Below are positions 46,761 through 56,911 of a stretch of DNA of 64,000 nucleotides, piece by piece. Position 1 is the first letter of the stretch. Every line of letters starts with the position of its first letter. The notes below the pieces were generated by a model, which saw only the letters and a program-made list of their open reading frames with translations, did not search any database and was not told the DNA's origin. The stretch is from a virus. Taxonomy: Duplodnaviria; Caudoviricetes. The stretch spans positions 32,001 to 96,000 of the IMG/VR virus record IMGVR_UViG_3300014204_000128, one strand, 5' to 3'. A program made the position numbers and the translations under genes.

Positions 46761-47700
46761 GCATATGGGTAAAATAGAACCAAGGGAACTAAGAATTATA
46801 TTCGACAGGGGCTATGTAACGAATAATGATGAGAAGATACTATCCAATGTGTGTGAAATGGTTTACAAATCACATTTTGCCCAAGCATTCTCAGATAAGG
46901 GTGATGACTTAATACAGGAAGGACTACTTGGATTAATACGACTAGTTAGCGAGAACAACTTCGACGAAACAAAGGGTGATATATTAACGTTCGCATATTC
47001 CAGGGTCAGGAATTCTATGTCCAATTACTTGTATGCCGAACAGAAATACAATAATCCTGCTACTCCAAACAAACCAGTCCAGTATTTCGATAACGTTGAC
47101 TACGGGAATAAAAGTAACTCAGATGTAAAGAATGATATTTTCTCAAAGTCAAAGAATGCACCTTACATAGAAGAAGAAAAAGTAGGGGAGATAAGAAATC
47201 ACGTGAGGAGTATGATACAAACCTTAGGTATAGAAGGTGACTTGGCATACTGTGTAGAAACGTATTTCAACGACAAACTGGGTATAAAGTGCATATTGAA
47301 ACAACCAACGGATTACTCGATAGATTTCATAGACAAGTACAGGTTTTACGTTAATACTATAGAATACGACGTGATAATGAAGTTCTTGGGTTCTAGGGCT
47401 TTTGACAACAAGATACAGGACATAGTTGACGTTCTGGAAGCTGAAGGTGATATTGATTTCTATATGAGGATGTTCATAGATTCCCTAAGTGATAAGCAGA
47501 TGGAAAAACTAATGTACGTGTTCAGTATGAACGACTTCAAATTCCCGTCTAAGTACAAGATATTAAAAGTAGATGAGTACGTGTCAATCTACAAGAGAAT
47601 AAAACATGGTGCATCAGTGGAAGATATTTCCAAGTCATTTGATAAACCAAGTGTAACGGTCAAAGCAATTTTTGACAAGTTTGATTTAATTTTTAGTTAA
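46744..47700 (+). CDS. Sigma-70-like factor (candidate late sigma)
   Basis: DDLIQEGLLGL..FDETKG..TFAYSRVRNSMSNYL; C-terminal HTH-like segment. Confidence 0.7.
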   Translation: MHIKNKHMGKIEPRELRIIFDRGYVTNNDEKILSNVCEMVYKSHFAQAFSDKGDDLIQEGLLGLIRLVSENNFDETKGDILTFAYSRVRNSMSNYLYAEQKYNNPATPNKPVQYFDNVDYGNKSNSDVKNDIFSKSKNAPYIEEEKVGEIRNHVRSMIQTLGIEGDLAYCVETYFNDKLGIKCILKQPTDYSIDFIDKYRFYVNTIEYDVIMKFLGSRAFDNKIQDIVDVLEAEGDIDFYMRMFIDSLSDKQMEKLMYVFSMNDFKFPSKYKILKVDEYVSIYKRIKHGASVEDISKSFDKPSVTVKAIFDKFDLIFS

Positions 47701-47726
47701 CAATTAATCCTTAATTTTTAAGAAGT

Positions 47727-47948
47727 ATGAAAATCTATTACAATTGTTCAGTTCGTTGGAAAATCGATGGAAAGAACGGGCCAGTATGGCAGACAGAAAC
47801 ATGGCTGGTAAAAGCAATCAGTATCTCAGATGCGGAAAAAATGGCTTTCAGTCAGGCAGAAAATGACCAGTTACCACAATTTGAAGTAAGATCAGCAACA
47901 CCATCAACTATAAAACTAGTCGTAGATGTTGAAGAAGAAAATGATTAA
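47727..47948 (+). CDS. DUF4494-like protein
   Basis: YYNCSVRW...TETWLVKAISISDAEK...FEV. Confidence 0.6.
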   Translation: MKIYYNCSVRWKIDGKNGPVWQTETWLVKAISISDAEKMAFSQAENDQLPQFEVRSATPSTIKLVVDVEEEND

Positions 47949-47958
47949 GTAGTTAATC

Positions 47959-47984
47959 AAAAATTTAAAGCATTTTTATATATT
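47959..47984 (+). promoter_or_regulatory. 26-bp phage promoter motif (packaging operon)
   Basis: AAAAATTTAAAGCATTTTTATATATT, followed by hairpin AAGCGTG/CACGCTT. Confidence 0.65.
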
Positions 47985-48024
47985 TAAGCGTGGGAAGTGG
48001 TTTTTTCACGCTTATTTTTTTAAT

Positions 48025-48642
48025 ATGTTAACAGGTACGGAAGACACTAGTAGTGAGTTTAAATTTGATGACGCTCTAACTAAAGAACGGGAAGTAAATG
48101 AACAGAGTGGTAAACCAAAAGACATACCTCCAGTAAATGAAAAGAAAGGGTTTGGGCAGTCACTTAATTTAGCCCACTTGATAGGTGAGCAATCACTGGC
48201 TTGGGTTAGGGGTGATTTAGAAGGTAAACCTGTAGGTATAAAACAACTGGGGGATGATTTCACTCAAAAGTTAAACTGGTACGTGGGTTGTACTATTCTG
48301 GCTCAGTACGCAAGGATACCGGCATTGTTTGATGCATTAGGAACAGTTAGTGAAACATTATTTAATAATGTTACTCTGGCAGAAGAGACGGATCCTGTAA
48401 AGCTGATGGAGTATTATAAGAATATCCAGAAAGAGATAATGCAAATAATGGAGTTCGCAAGGAAATTCGTTATTCAGAACAAGGATATGTTAGCTGATAA
48501 TTCTAGTTTCTATGACAGGTCTCTTTTCGAAAAGATAAAAAGTATGCCAATGGATCAGGTTAGGGATTACCTAACACTGTTCCAGATAATAGAAAGTAAA
48601 GGTCAAAACATTCTTAAAGAAATAATCGAAACATATAAATAG
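48025..48642 (+). CDS. Hypothetical protein (small terminase candidate)
   Basis: Helical; position upstream of terL. Confidence 0.4.
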   Translation: MLTGTEDTSSEFKFDDALTKEREVNEQSGKPKDIPPVNEKKGFGQSLNLAHLIGEQSLAWVRGDLEGKPVGIKQLGDDFTQKLNWYVGCTILAQYARIPALFDALGTVSETLFNNVTLAEETDPVKLMEYYKNIQKEIMQIMEFARKFVIQNKDMLADNSSFYDRSLFEKIKSMPMDQVRDYLTLFQIIESKGQNILKEIIETYK

Positions 48643-48651
48643 AAAAATATA

Positions 48652-49401
48652 ATGGCAACAATAGTGGGTAAGAAACAACTCGGGGACGTCAATAAAGGTG
48701 ACTTAAAAGCACAGGTAATTGAAAAACTGATAAGTCTAGGTAACAATCCCGATGAAGTCAAGAAAATGGTAGAACAGGAATTCGAGTATGTCTCTAAGAA
48801 ATACACTGGGGTATCTAAGATAGCTGAAGTAATCAGTTCATTGTATGAACAGAGTGATAATGCAAAGTTGGTCGTGAAGAAAAAACAGGTAAGTGATGCA
48901 GCAGGGAAATACAAGGTCGGGGATGAGGTATATACATGGCAGAACCCAAATTTCAAATGTAAGATAGTGAAGGTGCTAAGTGGTTCTGAACCATCTTACA
49001 TCGTTGATTTACCAGACCCTGACAATGAAGGTAAGTTCATTAAAAGCAAACCAGTAAAGGAATCTGAAGTTGACATGAAGCCAATAAAAGATAGTACAAC
49101 TACAAAAGGAACTATAGCCAAGAAGAAAGTACAAGACGCTGGAGGACCTGTAAGTATATCAATACAGGAAAAGGACGGAATGATCGTCATGGAATTGACA
49201 GGACCACAGTGTCAGATGATGGCTGAATTTATCAAGAAGAAATTCAGCAAGGAAGTTGAAGAGGTTGCTCCGATCTCAGGTGGTGTTGCTGTGTACTTCG
49301 ATCCAAAGAAAGTAAACAAGTCAAAGTTAAACGCTATTAAGACAGAAATAGAAAACAACTCCAGTATAACAGCTAATTTCATGGATTCTAAAAATATATA
49401 G
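48652..49401 (+). CDS. Probable internal head protein
   Basis: Modular, with Lys-rich linkers carrying repeated [LVI]xD motifs. Confidence 0.45.
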   Translation: MATIVGKKQLGDVNKGDLKAQVIEKLISLGNNPDEVKKMVEQEFEYVSKKYTGVSKIAEVISSLYEQSDNAKLVVKKKQVSDAAGKYKVGDEVYTWQNPNFKCKIVKVLSGSEPSYIVDLPDPDNEGKFIKSKPVKESEVDMKPIKDSTTTKGTIAKKKVQDAGGPVSISIQEKDGMIVMELTGPQCQMMAEFIKKKFSKEVEEVAPISGGVAVYFDPKKVNKSKLNAIKTEIENNSSITANFMDSKNI

Positions 49402-49417
49402 GATAAAAATACATTAC

Positions 49418-51325
49418 TTGAACAAACAAAGTAACATATCAGATATATTTCAAAGTATACTAGATTCAGTAGACGATAATAGTACGGAGAGAATTTACAT
49501 ACCAATACCTCCTGCTGATTTTTTCCAAAGCGAATACCATTGCGGTATGCCTAGTACTATGATACCAAAGTTCTGGTTGGATGAAGCAACGGAGTTCATA
49601 GAAGGAGGGTACAATGAACTAATCATAACAGGATCACTTGGTGCATTCAAAACAACGTGGGCAAATATGATACTGTTGTATAAGATGTACGATTTATTCT
49701 CATACCGTTCTATACATTCATACTTGAAATTACCACAGATACAGGACATCTATAACATATACTTTAACGTTAACTTGACGCAAGCCAGGTTAACAGGTTT
49801 CAATCAGTTGAAGAACTTGATTGATGCTAGTAGGTGGTACACTACAAATTTTCATAGAGATAAAGAACTAAACTCTATACTGAAATTCCCAAATAACAAT
49901 AAGTTCATGTTCCTATCAGGTTCAGGTCAGCAGCATGCAATAGGAATGTCAGTCTGGTCATTTGTATTAGATGAAGGTGATTTCTTTAAGAAAAACGGGT
50001 CTGGGTTTGATGAGTCATACTCTACAGTGACAGAAATGTACACTGAACTAGTAGACAGGAGGGTATCACGTTTCCAGCATGGCGAGACAGACCTGTCATT
50101 CTCTATACTTATTAGTTCGGCTTCATTCCAATCCTCATTCGTTGAAAAACGGATAGCAGAATCAGCAAGTGACCCAAAGATAAAGGTGGTCAAGGCGGTA
50201 CAGTACAAAGTAGTTCCTGAAAGGCATTCACAAGAAAAGTTCGTGGTATTCGGAGGAGACACAACAGTCGATCCTGAAATAGTCACAACATCGCAGGATT
50301 TTAATAATATAATGGCAAAAATGGGGTTAAAGACCCAGATAGATGCTACACTACCAGTACAGGCTGCTTACTACCAGTTGCCACCAGATTTAAAATTGAA
50401 GTTCGAGTTACCACCTATTGACTTAAAACAAAGGTATGAAAAGAACTTAGCAAAGTCATTGCAAAACTTCTCTGGTTTCTATGTCGCTGCTGAAGGAAAA
50501 CTTTTCCAATCAAAAGGTTTACTCTACTCTGCATATACTCCTGGATTAGTGCATCCATTCTCTAAGGATAAAATAGAAATATCTAATGGTGACACTGTAA
50601 AATTACAGGACTACTTCATGGCTCAACTACTTACACATATAGAACGACCACATGCACTCCACCAAGATGGATCATCTACTGGAGATAGCACTGGTTTGTC
50701 AATGGTAAGGTACGATGGTATGGTTGGAAATACTAGGGTATACACACAGGTATTTAGTTTGGAAATAATACCTCCAGGACCTCCTAATAGGATAAAACTG
50801 TCAAAGTTGAGGGACTTTATACTGTACTTAAAGAAAGAAGTAGGGGTTAATATAGTCAAATTCACGCAAGATATGTATCAATCTGAAGACAACCTACAAT
50901 TGTTGGCAGATGAAGGTGTCGAGGTCGGTAGGCAGTCTATAGATTCAAGCGATAAACCATACTTGACATGGATAGGGTTACTAGTGGATACATCAATAAA
51001 ACAATACAAGTACAAGGTGCTGGAAGAAGAAGCGTTCGCAGCAATACACAACAGAAGGAAACACAAGGTAGACCATCCTAAGATGGAAGGGTCTCCAAAC
51101 ATAAACGTTCTGCAATCATTCGTTGGGGCACTCAACAATCTGGTTATGCTAGATTCAGATTCGATGAAAACATCAGATTACAACTTGGTAATGCAGAAGA
51201 AAGAAAAAAAGGGGGTTCATGAATTAAGAGACATAATGGGTAATCCAATATACACTGATAACATTATCAGAACAGTTAAAACAGGTAAGAAGCAAAAAGA
51301 TTTTTATAACTCAATACTAGGATAG
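49418..51325 (+). CDS. Terminase large subunit
   Basis: ITGSLGAFKTT, FVLDEGD, ISSAS, nuclease HQDGSSTGDSTG, FTQDMYQS, KVDHP. Confidence 0.85.
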   Translation: MNKQSNISDIFQSILDSVDDNSTERIYIPIPPADFFQSEYHCGMPSTMIPKFWLDEATEFIEGGYNELIITGSLGAFKTTWANMILLYKMYDLFSYRSIHSYLKLPQIQDIYNIYFNVNLTQARLTGFNQLKNLIDASRWYTTNFHRDKELNSILKFPNNNKFMFLSGSGQQHAIGMSVWSFVLDEGDFFKKNGSGFDESYSTVTEMYTELVDRRVSRFQHGETDLSFSILISSASFQSSFVEKRIAESASDPKIKVVKAVQYKVVPERHSQEKFVVFGGDTTVDPEIVTTSQDFNNIMAKMGLKTQIDATLPVQAAYYQLPPDLKLKFELPPIDLKQRYEKNLAKSLQNFSGFYVAAEGKLFQSKGLLYSAYTPGLVHPFSKDKIEISNGDTVKLQDYFMAQLLTHIERPHALHQDGSSTGDSTGLSMVRYDGMVGNTRVYTQVFSLEIIPPGPPNRIKLSKLRDFILYLKKEVGVNIVKFTQDMYQSEDNLQLLADEGVEVGRQSIDSSDKPYLTWIGLLVDTSIKQYKYKVLEEEAFAAIHNRRKHKVDHPKMEGSPNINVLQSFVGALNNLVMLDSDSMKTSDYNLVMQKKEKKGVHELRDIMGNPIYTDNIIRTVKTGKKQKDFYNSILG

Positions 51326-51328
51326 TAT

Positions 51329-52927
51329 ATGAAGCCAAAAAAGATAGGTAGCTATGTAATTTCATCAGCAAAGGATACAGTGATGGATTCTATACTTAAT
51401 CCTAAAGAAAAGAAAACGATTGAAGATAGTTACAGTATCTTTGATGAGAGTTTCTTAAAAACATTAGGTATAGACAAGAGCAATAAAAGTGCAACGGGTT
51501 CTCTGGAGTCAAGGCTAAAACAGGAAACTAACACAAGGAAACAAAGATACGCAGACTACAAGGAAGCGGCTGCTGATCCTGTAATAGGTCAGGCTATTGA
51601 AATGATGGCTGATGACGCTACCCAGTTTGACGTAGACAGGGAAGTAACTGTCTGGGTGGAATCAGATGACAAGAAATATGCTGAAGCAATAAATGGTATA
51701 ATAAATGACTATATTGATCCATTCATTGATACACTCGCATCATGTATCATATCAAAGGGTGAGTTTGCTTTTAAAGTAAACAAGGAAGAAGACGGGGAAG
51801 ACAGGGATGGTTTTAAAGATGTGGTACTTGTTCCATACAAGCATATTGAAAAATTACATCATCTTATATTGCCTAACCAAGACAGATTTTTCTATATATG
51901 TCCAGATATATCTCAGTTCTCACAAAAAACAGCACTAGATGAAGATTCATTCCATAGTTTCTCTGACTACTTGCATTTTATAAACTACTCTTTAGAAAAT
52001 TCTGAAGAATACAAGATGTCAATACCTACAGGAAACACGGTAAAAGAAGAAGACATCTTCATACTACAGGGTGAATCTATAATAGCTGAAAAGGTATTGG
52101 ATTCATACAAGACACTGAAGGCACTAGAAGCAGCAATAGTCCAATACAGGTTGGCAAAATCAAAACTTGTACGGTTCGTGAATGTCGAAGTATCAAGGTT
52201 GACTGATGATGCAAAGGCTCAGAATATAGTTAACTACGTGCATGAGAGTATAGTTACTAACGAAATGATATCTAGTGGGTCAAACGGGTATGAGTCTAAT
52301 GGTACACAGGCAGAACCAGTGGTAGTTACCATACCAGTGAAAAATGGTGTCGGTGGTATAACTATACAGGAATTTGCATCAGATGTGAATATAAAGGATA
52401 TTGCTGACTTGGACTATTTCATGAACAAGATATTCGCAGGTCTGCGGACCCCACGTAGTTATTTCAACTTTGATGAAGCATTGCCAGGAGGAGGTATGTC
52501 GGGTACATCACTAGTAAGGATGGACATTCGTTATGCACGTGCAGTCAAGAAGGTTCAAAGAGTCATAATTAACGGGATAAAGGAACTTATACTGATATTC
52601 AATGAAGTTAATGGCATAGAAAAAAATAAAGCCCCTAAGGTAAAAATAAAAATAATAAAAGTAGCTTCTGCTGAAGACTCTGACAGGTACACGGAATTCG
52701 AGCAACGCCTGGCAATGGCGAATCAGATAATGTCCGGTTTGGTAGACCCAATGACGGGTGAAATTAATCTAAAATTAATTGACATGTACTTGAAGTTCTT
52801 TACCCATGTGATACCAATCAACGAAATGGTTATATTTCTAAACAGCATCAAGAGTAAGACGGATATAAAATCAAAACCAGAAGGACTGGGTGTTAAGGGA
52901 ACATTAAAAACTACACCAAATGGCTAA
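51329..52927 (+). CDS. Portal protein (T4 gp20-like)
   Basis: YADYKEAAADPVIGQAIEMMADD, LEAAIVQYRL, DIADLDYF..KIFAGLRTP, DIRYAR. Confidence 0.85.
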   Translation: MKPKKIGSYVISSAKDTVMDSILNPKEKKTIEDSYSIFDESFLKTLGIDKSNKSATGSLESRLKQETNTRKQRYADYKEAAADPVIGQAIEMMADDATQFDVDREVTVWVESDDKKYAEAINGIINDYIDPFIDTLASCIISKGEFAFKVNKEEDGEDRDGFKDVVLVPYKHIEKLHHLILPNQDRFFYICPDISQFSQKTALDEDSFHSFSDYLHFINYSLENSEEYKMSIPTGNTVKEEDIFILQGESIIAEKVLDSYKTLKALEAAIVQYRLAKSKLVRFVNVEVSRLTDDAKAQNIVNYVHESIVTNEMISSGSNGYESNGTQAEPVVVTIPVKNGVGGITIQEFASDVNIKDIADLDYFMNKIFAGLRTPRSYFNFDEALPGGGMSGTSLVRMDIRYARAVKKVQRVIINGIKELILIFNEVNGIEKNKAPKVKIKIIKVASAEDSDRYTEFEQRLAMANQIMSGLVDPMTGEINLKLIDMYLKFFTHVIPINEMVIFLNSIKSKTDIKSKPEGLGVKGTLKTTPNG

Positions 52928-53052
52928 AAAGACTGGAAATTACTCTGACTTTATTTCAAGTGAAATAGACAGATTAAGAAAAAATGAAGTAGAAACAGAC
53001 GCATCTGAAATAAGAAGGTTAAAGAAAATTGTAAGAAATAAAACATACTCAA

Positions 53053-54054
53053 ATGAAACAAGATAATAAATTTACTCCAAGCAGGGAGGAATACGAATCA
53101 AGTCTAAAATCTATACATGATAAATTCTCAAGGGTCATGGATGAACTAGACTCTGCATCTCAGTATCAAAATGGTGTTACTCAATATGCAGTAAATGGAA
53201 AGCAGTTCATGCCAGTGGGTGCATCAGTAAAGGTGATTCCAGCTGGATGGTATAAATTTACATTCAACGGTAGAACATACGTTCCAGAAATACAGGATGT
53301 GAGGAACGATGAATTGGTTAAATTACCGATGCCTGAATATGATGCAGTACTGAATGATGTTGACAAATTCAGGGGTTCTGAACAAGACTACAGGAAGTAT
53401 AAATTCCCATATAAACGGGGCATACTTTTATTCGGACGTCCCGGTACTGGGAAGAGTGGTTTAATACGTTTGCTAGGAGATGACTTAATAAAGCGTGAGA
53501 ACGGTGTACTGTTCAATCTACAGTCACCCGACGATATATATGCGTTCGAGTCTATCTTCTCACTATTCAGGGAAATAGAACCGAACAGACCTTGCTATTG
53601 TGTTATTGAAGATGTGGATAACTTCGTAAGGTACGGTGGAGGTGTTACAGCAAAATTGCTCAATGTGCTAGATGGAAATATGGCATATGACAATATTCTA
53701 TTCATTGCCACAACCAATTATCCTGAAGCATTGATAGAAAGTATAGCAAACAGACCAAGCAGGTTCGACAGGAGATATGAGATATCAACACCATCCCCAG
53801 AAGCAAGGAAGGTATACATCCAGTCTAAGTTTAAAGACATGTCAGTAGATGAAGTTGATAAGATAGTCAGTATGACTGATAACTTCACTATAGACATGTT
53901 GAAGGAAGTCGTGGTTTCATATAAGGTACTCAGGTATTCACTGGAAGAAAGTGTAAAAACAGTTTCTGGTCTTTTCAAGTTTGGGACAAAGCTAGGTGAT
54001 TCTGTTATACTGGATAGTACACGTGAGTTTATTGATAACGAGTTAAAAAGATAA
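53053..54054 (+). CDS. AAA+ ATPase
   Basis: RGILLFGRPGTGKS, VIEDVD, LLNVLDG, ATTNYPE, NRPSRFD. Confidence 0.9.
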   Translation: MKQDNKFTPSREEYESSLKSIHDKFSRVMDELDSASQYQNGVTQYAVNGKQFMPVGASVKVIPAGWYKFTFNGRTYVPEIQDVRNDELVKLPMPEYDAVLNDVDKFRGSEQDYRKYKFPYKRGILLFGRPGTGKSGLIRLLGDDLIKRENGVLFNLQSPDDIYAFESIFSLFREIEPNRPCYCVIEDVDNFVRYGGGVTAKLLNVLDGNMAYDNILFIATTNYPEALIESIANRPSRFDRRYEISTPSPEARKVYIQSKFKDMSVDEVDKIVSMTDNFTIDMLKEVVVSYKVLRYSLEESVKTVSGLFKFGTKLGDSVILDSTREFIDNELKR

Positions 54055-54056
54055 TT

Positions 54057-54542
54057 ATGCCAGCTCCCATAATAAAGTCATTTGCAGAAAAGAGTGGTAA
54101 GTCAGAAAAAGAAGTAGAAAGACTATACAAGGAATCTAAGAAGATTGTAAGTAAAGAATACAATCTGAAAGAATCAGATGGTGAGTCATTCTACCAGTTG
54201 GTAATAGGTGTACTTAAGAAGATGTGTGGTATCTCTGATAGTATAACAATTCATATATGTTCTAATTGTCAAGAAGAAGTAAGTGACTCAAGCAAGTTCT
54301 GTGGGTCTTGTGGAGGTGAACTAATGGATGGTGAAACAGGCATGATGTATAAGATAAGTAAGAGTGACATAGATGCACTAAGTTCATTCTTATACACTAT
54401 GCTTAAGACTAAAATAGTGTTTAGTGACTTGATGAGATTTATAAAGAACACAGTTCGTGCATATAGTGAACCTACCCAGGATAGTTTCGTCGAGTTTGTC
54501 AAGAGTTTAAGTGAAAAAGATATTAGAAACTTAATAAAATAA
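54057..54542 (+). CDS. Hypothetical virion protein with zinc ribbon
   Basis: MPAPIIKSFAEKSGKS N-terminal domain; CSNC..FCGSCG. Confidence 0.6.
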   Translation: MPAPIIKSFAEKSGKSEKEVERLYKESKKIVSKEYNLKESDGESFYQLVIGVLKKMCGISDSITIHICSNCQEEVSDSSKFCGSCGGELMDGETGMMYKISKSDIDALSSFLYTMLKTKIVFSDLMRFIKNTVRAYSEPTQDSFVEFVKSLSEKDIRNLIK

Positions 54543-54547
54543 AGGTT

Positions 54548-54961
54548 ATGAAATTTGAAAAACTTTTCGACTATCTGTACTTTATAAAGTCTGTGGAAAA
54601 AAACATAAAAGACGGTGGAATGGTCAAAAAACTAAATGACAACAAATCATTAGAATTAGAAGACAAAGATTATTTTATGCTTACAGATTCTGTAGAATCC
54701 TATATGGGTGAGATAGCGATGTACTCTAAAGAAAAGTCATTCTATAAAAAACTACAAGACGAAACACTGTCAGTAGACAATATGCCGAATCTTTTTGCTT
54801 TTCAAACCCACCTCAGTATTGGTTTGTCAGAAAGATTAAAGACACGGTCAGTAGTTGATTACACACATTTCATTGGATTGAAGAATATAATTGACAACAT
54901 GGTAACAACTATATTAAAGGAAGGGTCATGTGTCAATACATTGAAACCACTAATGAAGTAG
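54548..54961 (+). CDS. Hypothetical protein (late)
   Basis: 137-aa ORF. Confidence 0.55.
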   Translation: MKFEKLFDYLYFIKSVEKNIKDGGMVKKLNDNKSLELEDKDYFMLTDSVESYMGEIAMYSKEKSFYKKLQDETLSVDNMPNLFAFQTHLSIGLSERLKTRSVVDYTHFIGLKNIIDNMVTTILKEGSCVNTLKPLMK

Positions 54962-54964
54962 AGT

Positions 54965-55510
54965 ATGGTATTCAGGTCTCAACTTACGTTAAATCATTTT
55001 GCACTAAACGATGAGACGTCACGCGATCTCATTCGCTACGCAAAACAGACGCCTGAAATAGTCATTCGTGCTAAGAAACAAATACTCACATACTACCAGG
55101 GGGTAACAAAGGAAGGCATTATAAAATTCATGACACCATCTGGAACAACCCCAGGATTATATTGGTTGCAAGAAGTTGAATTATCTGATTTGAGATGGTT
55201 GATTAAGAAGTATGAAGGTAAGAAGAAGCCACTAGAAATAGTTAGAATAGCTTTGCAGGGTAGTATTAAAACAACATGTAATGACCCAGATGGAAATTCC
55301 GAACCATCATGGCTATTTTTTGGTCATAAATACAAAGCAACAGTATCGGGGTATAACTTAGGTACTCCAGAAAACAGGTTTCCAAAAGTAAGGAATCCAA
55401 CATTAGCTGGTGGTGGGTGTAAGCACGTCAGGGCTGTTATGGAAGCATTACCATTCCATGCTGGTATCATTACAAAGGATCTAATCAAGAACGGGATGCT
55501 CAGTAAATAA
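54965..55510 (+). CDS. Hypothetical protein with SWIM-like C..CKH
   Basis: TCNDP...PKVRNP..GCKHV. Confidence 0.55.
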   Translation: MVFRSQLTLNHFALNDETSRDLIRYAKQTPEIVIRAKKQILTYYQGVTKEGIIKFMTPSGTTPGLYWLQEVELSDLRWLIKKYEGKKKPLEIVRIALQGSIKTTCNDPDGNSEPSWLFFGHKYKATVSGYNLGTPENRFPKVRNPTLAGGGCKHVRAVMEALPFHAGIITKDLIKNGMLSK

Positions 55511-55535
55511 AAAATTTAAAGTAAGATTATATATT
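55510..55535 (+). promoter_or_regulatory. 26-bp phage promoter motif (protease/capsid operon)
   Basis: AAAAATTTAAAGTAAGATTATATATT. Confidence 0.65.
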
Positions 55536-55566
55536 GTTTTAAATTGCCAAACAAAAAGAATTAAAA

Positions 55567-56907
55567 ATGGCTAAGATAAAAATAAGTCCGATAGAGACTA
55601 ACTTACTATTTGATTTCAAAAAGGTAGACGGGGCTAAAATTCCTCCAGGATGTCTAGCAGTATTAGAAGGATACGCTACTCTATCAGATGATAAATCAAA
55701 TCGTAACAAACATTTCTATCCTACTGGATTCTGGAATAGCGTGCTTGATAATAACCAGTCAGTCGCTGAAAAACTAGCAACAAAGACGTTTTTCGGAGCA
55801 TATAGGCATCCTGAGAAGGAAGAAAGTCCTATACCAGAGTTCGGATCATTCTCTCACAATATACGTGATTACAGGGTTGACAAGAAAGGTGTATTCGTTA
55901 CACTCGACGTATTCGATAATACACAAGGTCGGGAATTAAAGCCACTAATTGATTATGGTTCTCAACTTGGAATATCTACAAGAGCATATGGTGAAGTTCA
56001 GGTAGCGAATGATGGTTATAAGACGCCCATTCTAGATAAGTACTTATTTGTTACATGGGATTTGGTATCGTTCCCGGCATTCTCGGAAACAAGAATGACA
56101 AGTGTATCTGATTCAGTTGTAATAGAGGTGGATGATTCAATATTCAACTCTAAGAACAAACAAGAACTACTCGATAGTATCAAGAAACTTGAGAAGAAAG
56201 AAGCCAGGATGCTGTGTGATTACATGGACATAGACTTTAAAGAAATATCAGACTCATTTAGCGGGGAGTGTTCTGGTGGTTGCTCAGGTAAAACATGTGG
56301 TCGTTGCAAAGATAAGAGCAAAGAAGGTGAAACAGACGTTGAAAAAGCTCTGGGTGATGCAATGAATAAGATAGTGGAGTTGGAAACTGAACTGGGAAAA
56401 CATCAAGGTTCTGAAGACAGCACTGGATTACAAAATAAAATAGCTATTTTAACTGACGAAAACACCCAGTTAAAAAACAGTATCAACTTGAAACAAGACG
56501 TTGAAAAAGCAAGGTTGAAAAACTCTGTAGAATTTCTAAAAGAAAAGATACAGGATATGGAAGCAGACAATGCAATTCTTGAATCAAAAAATAAAACTCT
56601 GCGTTCTATAGTGGATTCAAAACATGCTCAGGTATCAGAACTATCTGAAAAACTAGAGGATGCTCAAACTACATTATCAGAACTTAGACAAGAGTTTGAT
56701 TCTACGCTAAAATTAAAGCAAGCGTTAGAGGATAAACTATCAACAATCAAAGTAACAAATTCACTACAAGATAACTCGGTTAAAGGTACTACCAATGCTA
56801 GTACGAAGGCAGCAAGACCAATGCTCATTGCTGATTCAGTTAAACCTAGTAAAGCCACAAGTGATATCGACAGTATGAAAACAGTATTCAAAAAATTAAA
56901 ATCTTAA
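55567..56907 (+). CDS. Prohead protease (T4 gp21-like) fused to a coiled-coil scaffold
   Basis: NRNKHFYP, GAYRHP, GISTRAYG, TWDLVSFPAF; long C-terminal coiled coil. Confidence 0.85.
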   Translation: MAKIKISPIETNLLFDFKKVDGAKIPPGCLAVLEGYATLSDDKSNRNKHFYPTGFWNSVLDNNQSVAEKLATKTFFGAYRHPEKEESPIPEFGSFSHNIRDYRVDKKGVFVTLDVFDNTQGRELKPLIDYGSQLGISTRAYGEVQVANDGYKTPILDKYLFVTWDLVSFPAFSETRMTSVSDSVVIEVDDSIFNSKNKQELLDSIKKLEKKEARMLCDYMDIDFKEISDSFSGECSGGCSGKTCGRCKDKSKEGETDVEKALGDAMNKIVELETELGKHQGSEDSTGLQNKIAILTDENTQLKNSINLKQDVEKARLKNSVEFLKEKIQDMEADNAILESKNKTLRSIVDSKHAQVSELSEKLEDAQTTLSELRQEFDSTLKLKQALEDKLSTIKVTNSLQDNSVKGTTNASTKAARPMLIADSVKPSKATSDIDSMKTVFKKLKS

Positions 56908-56911
56908 GGGA

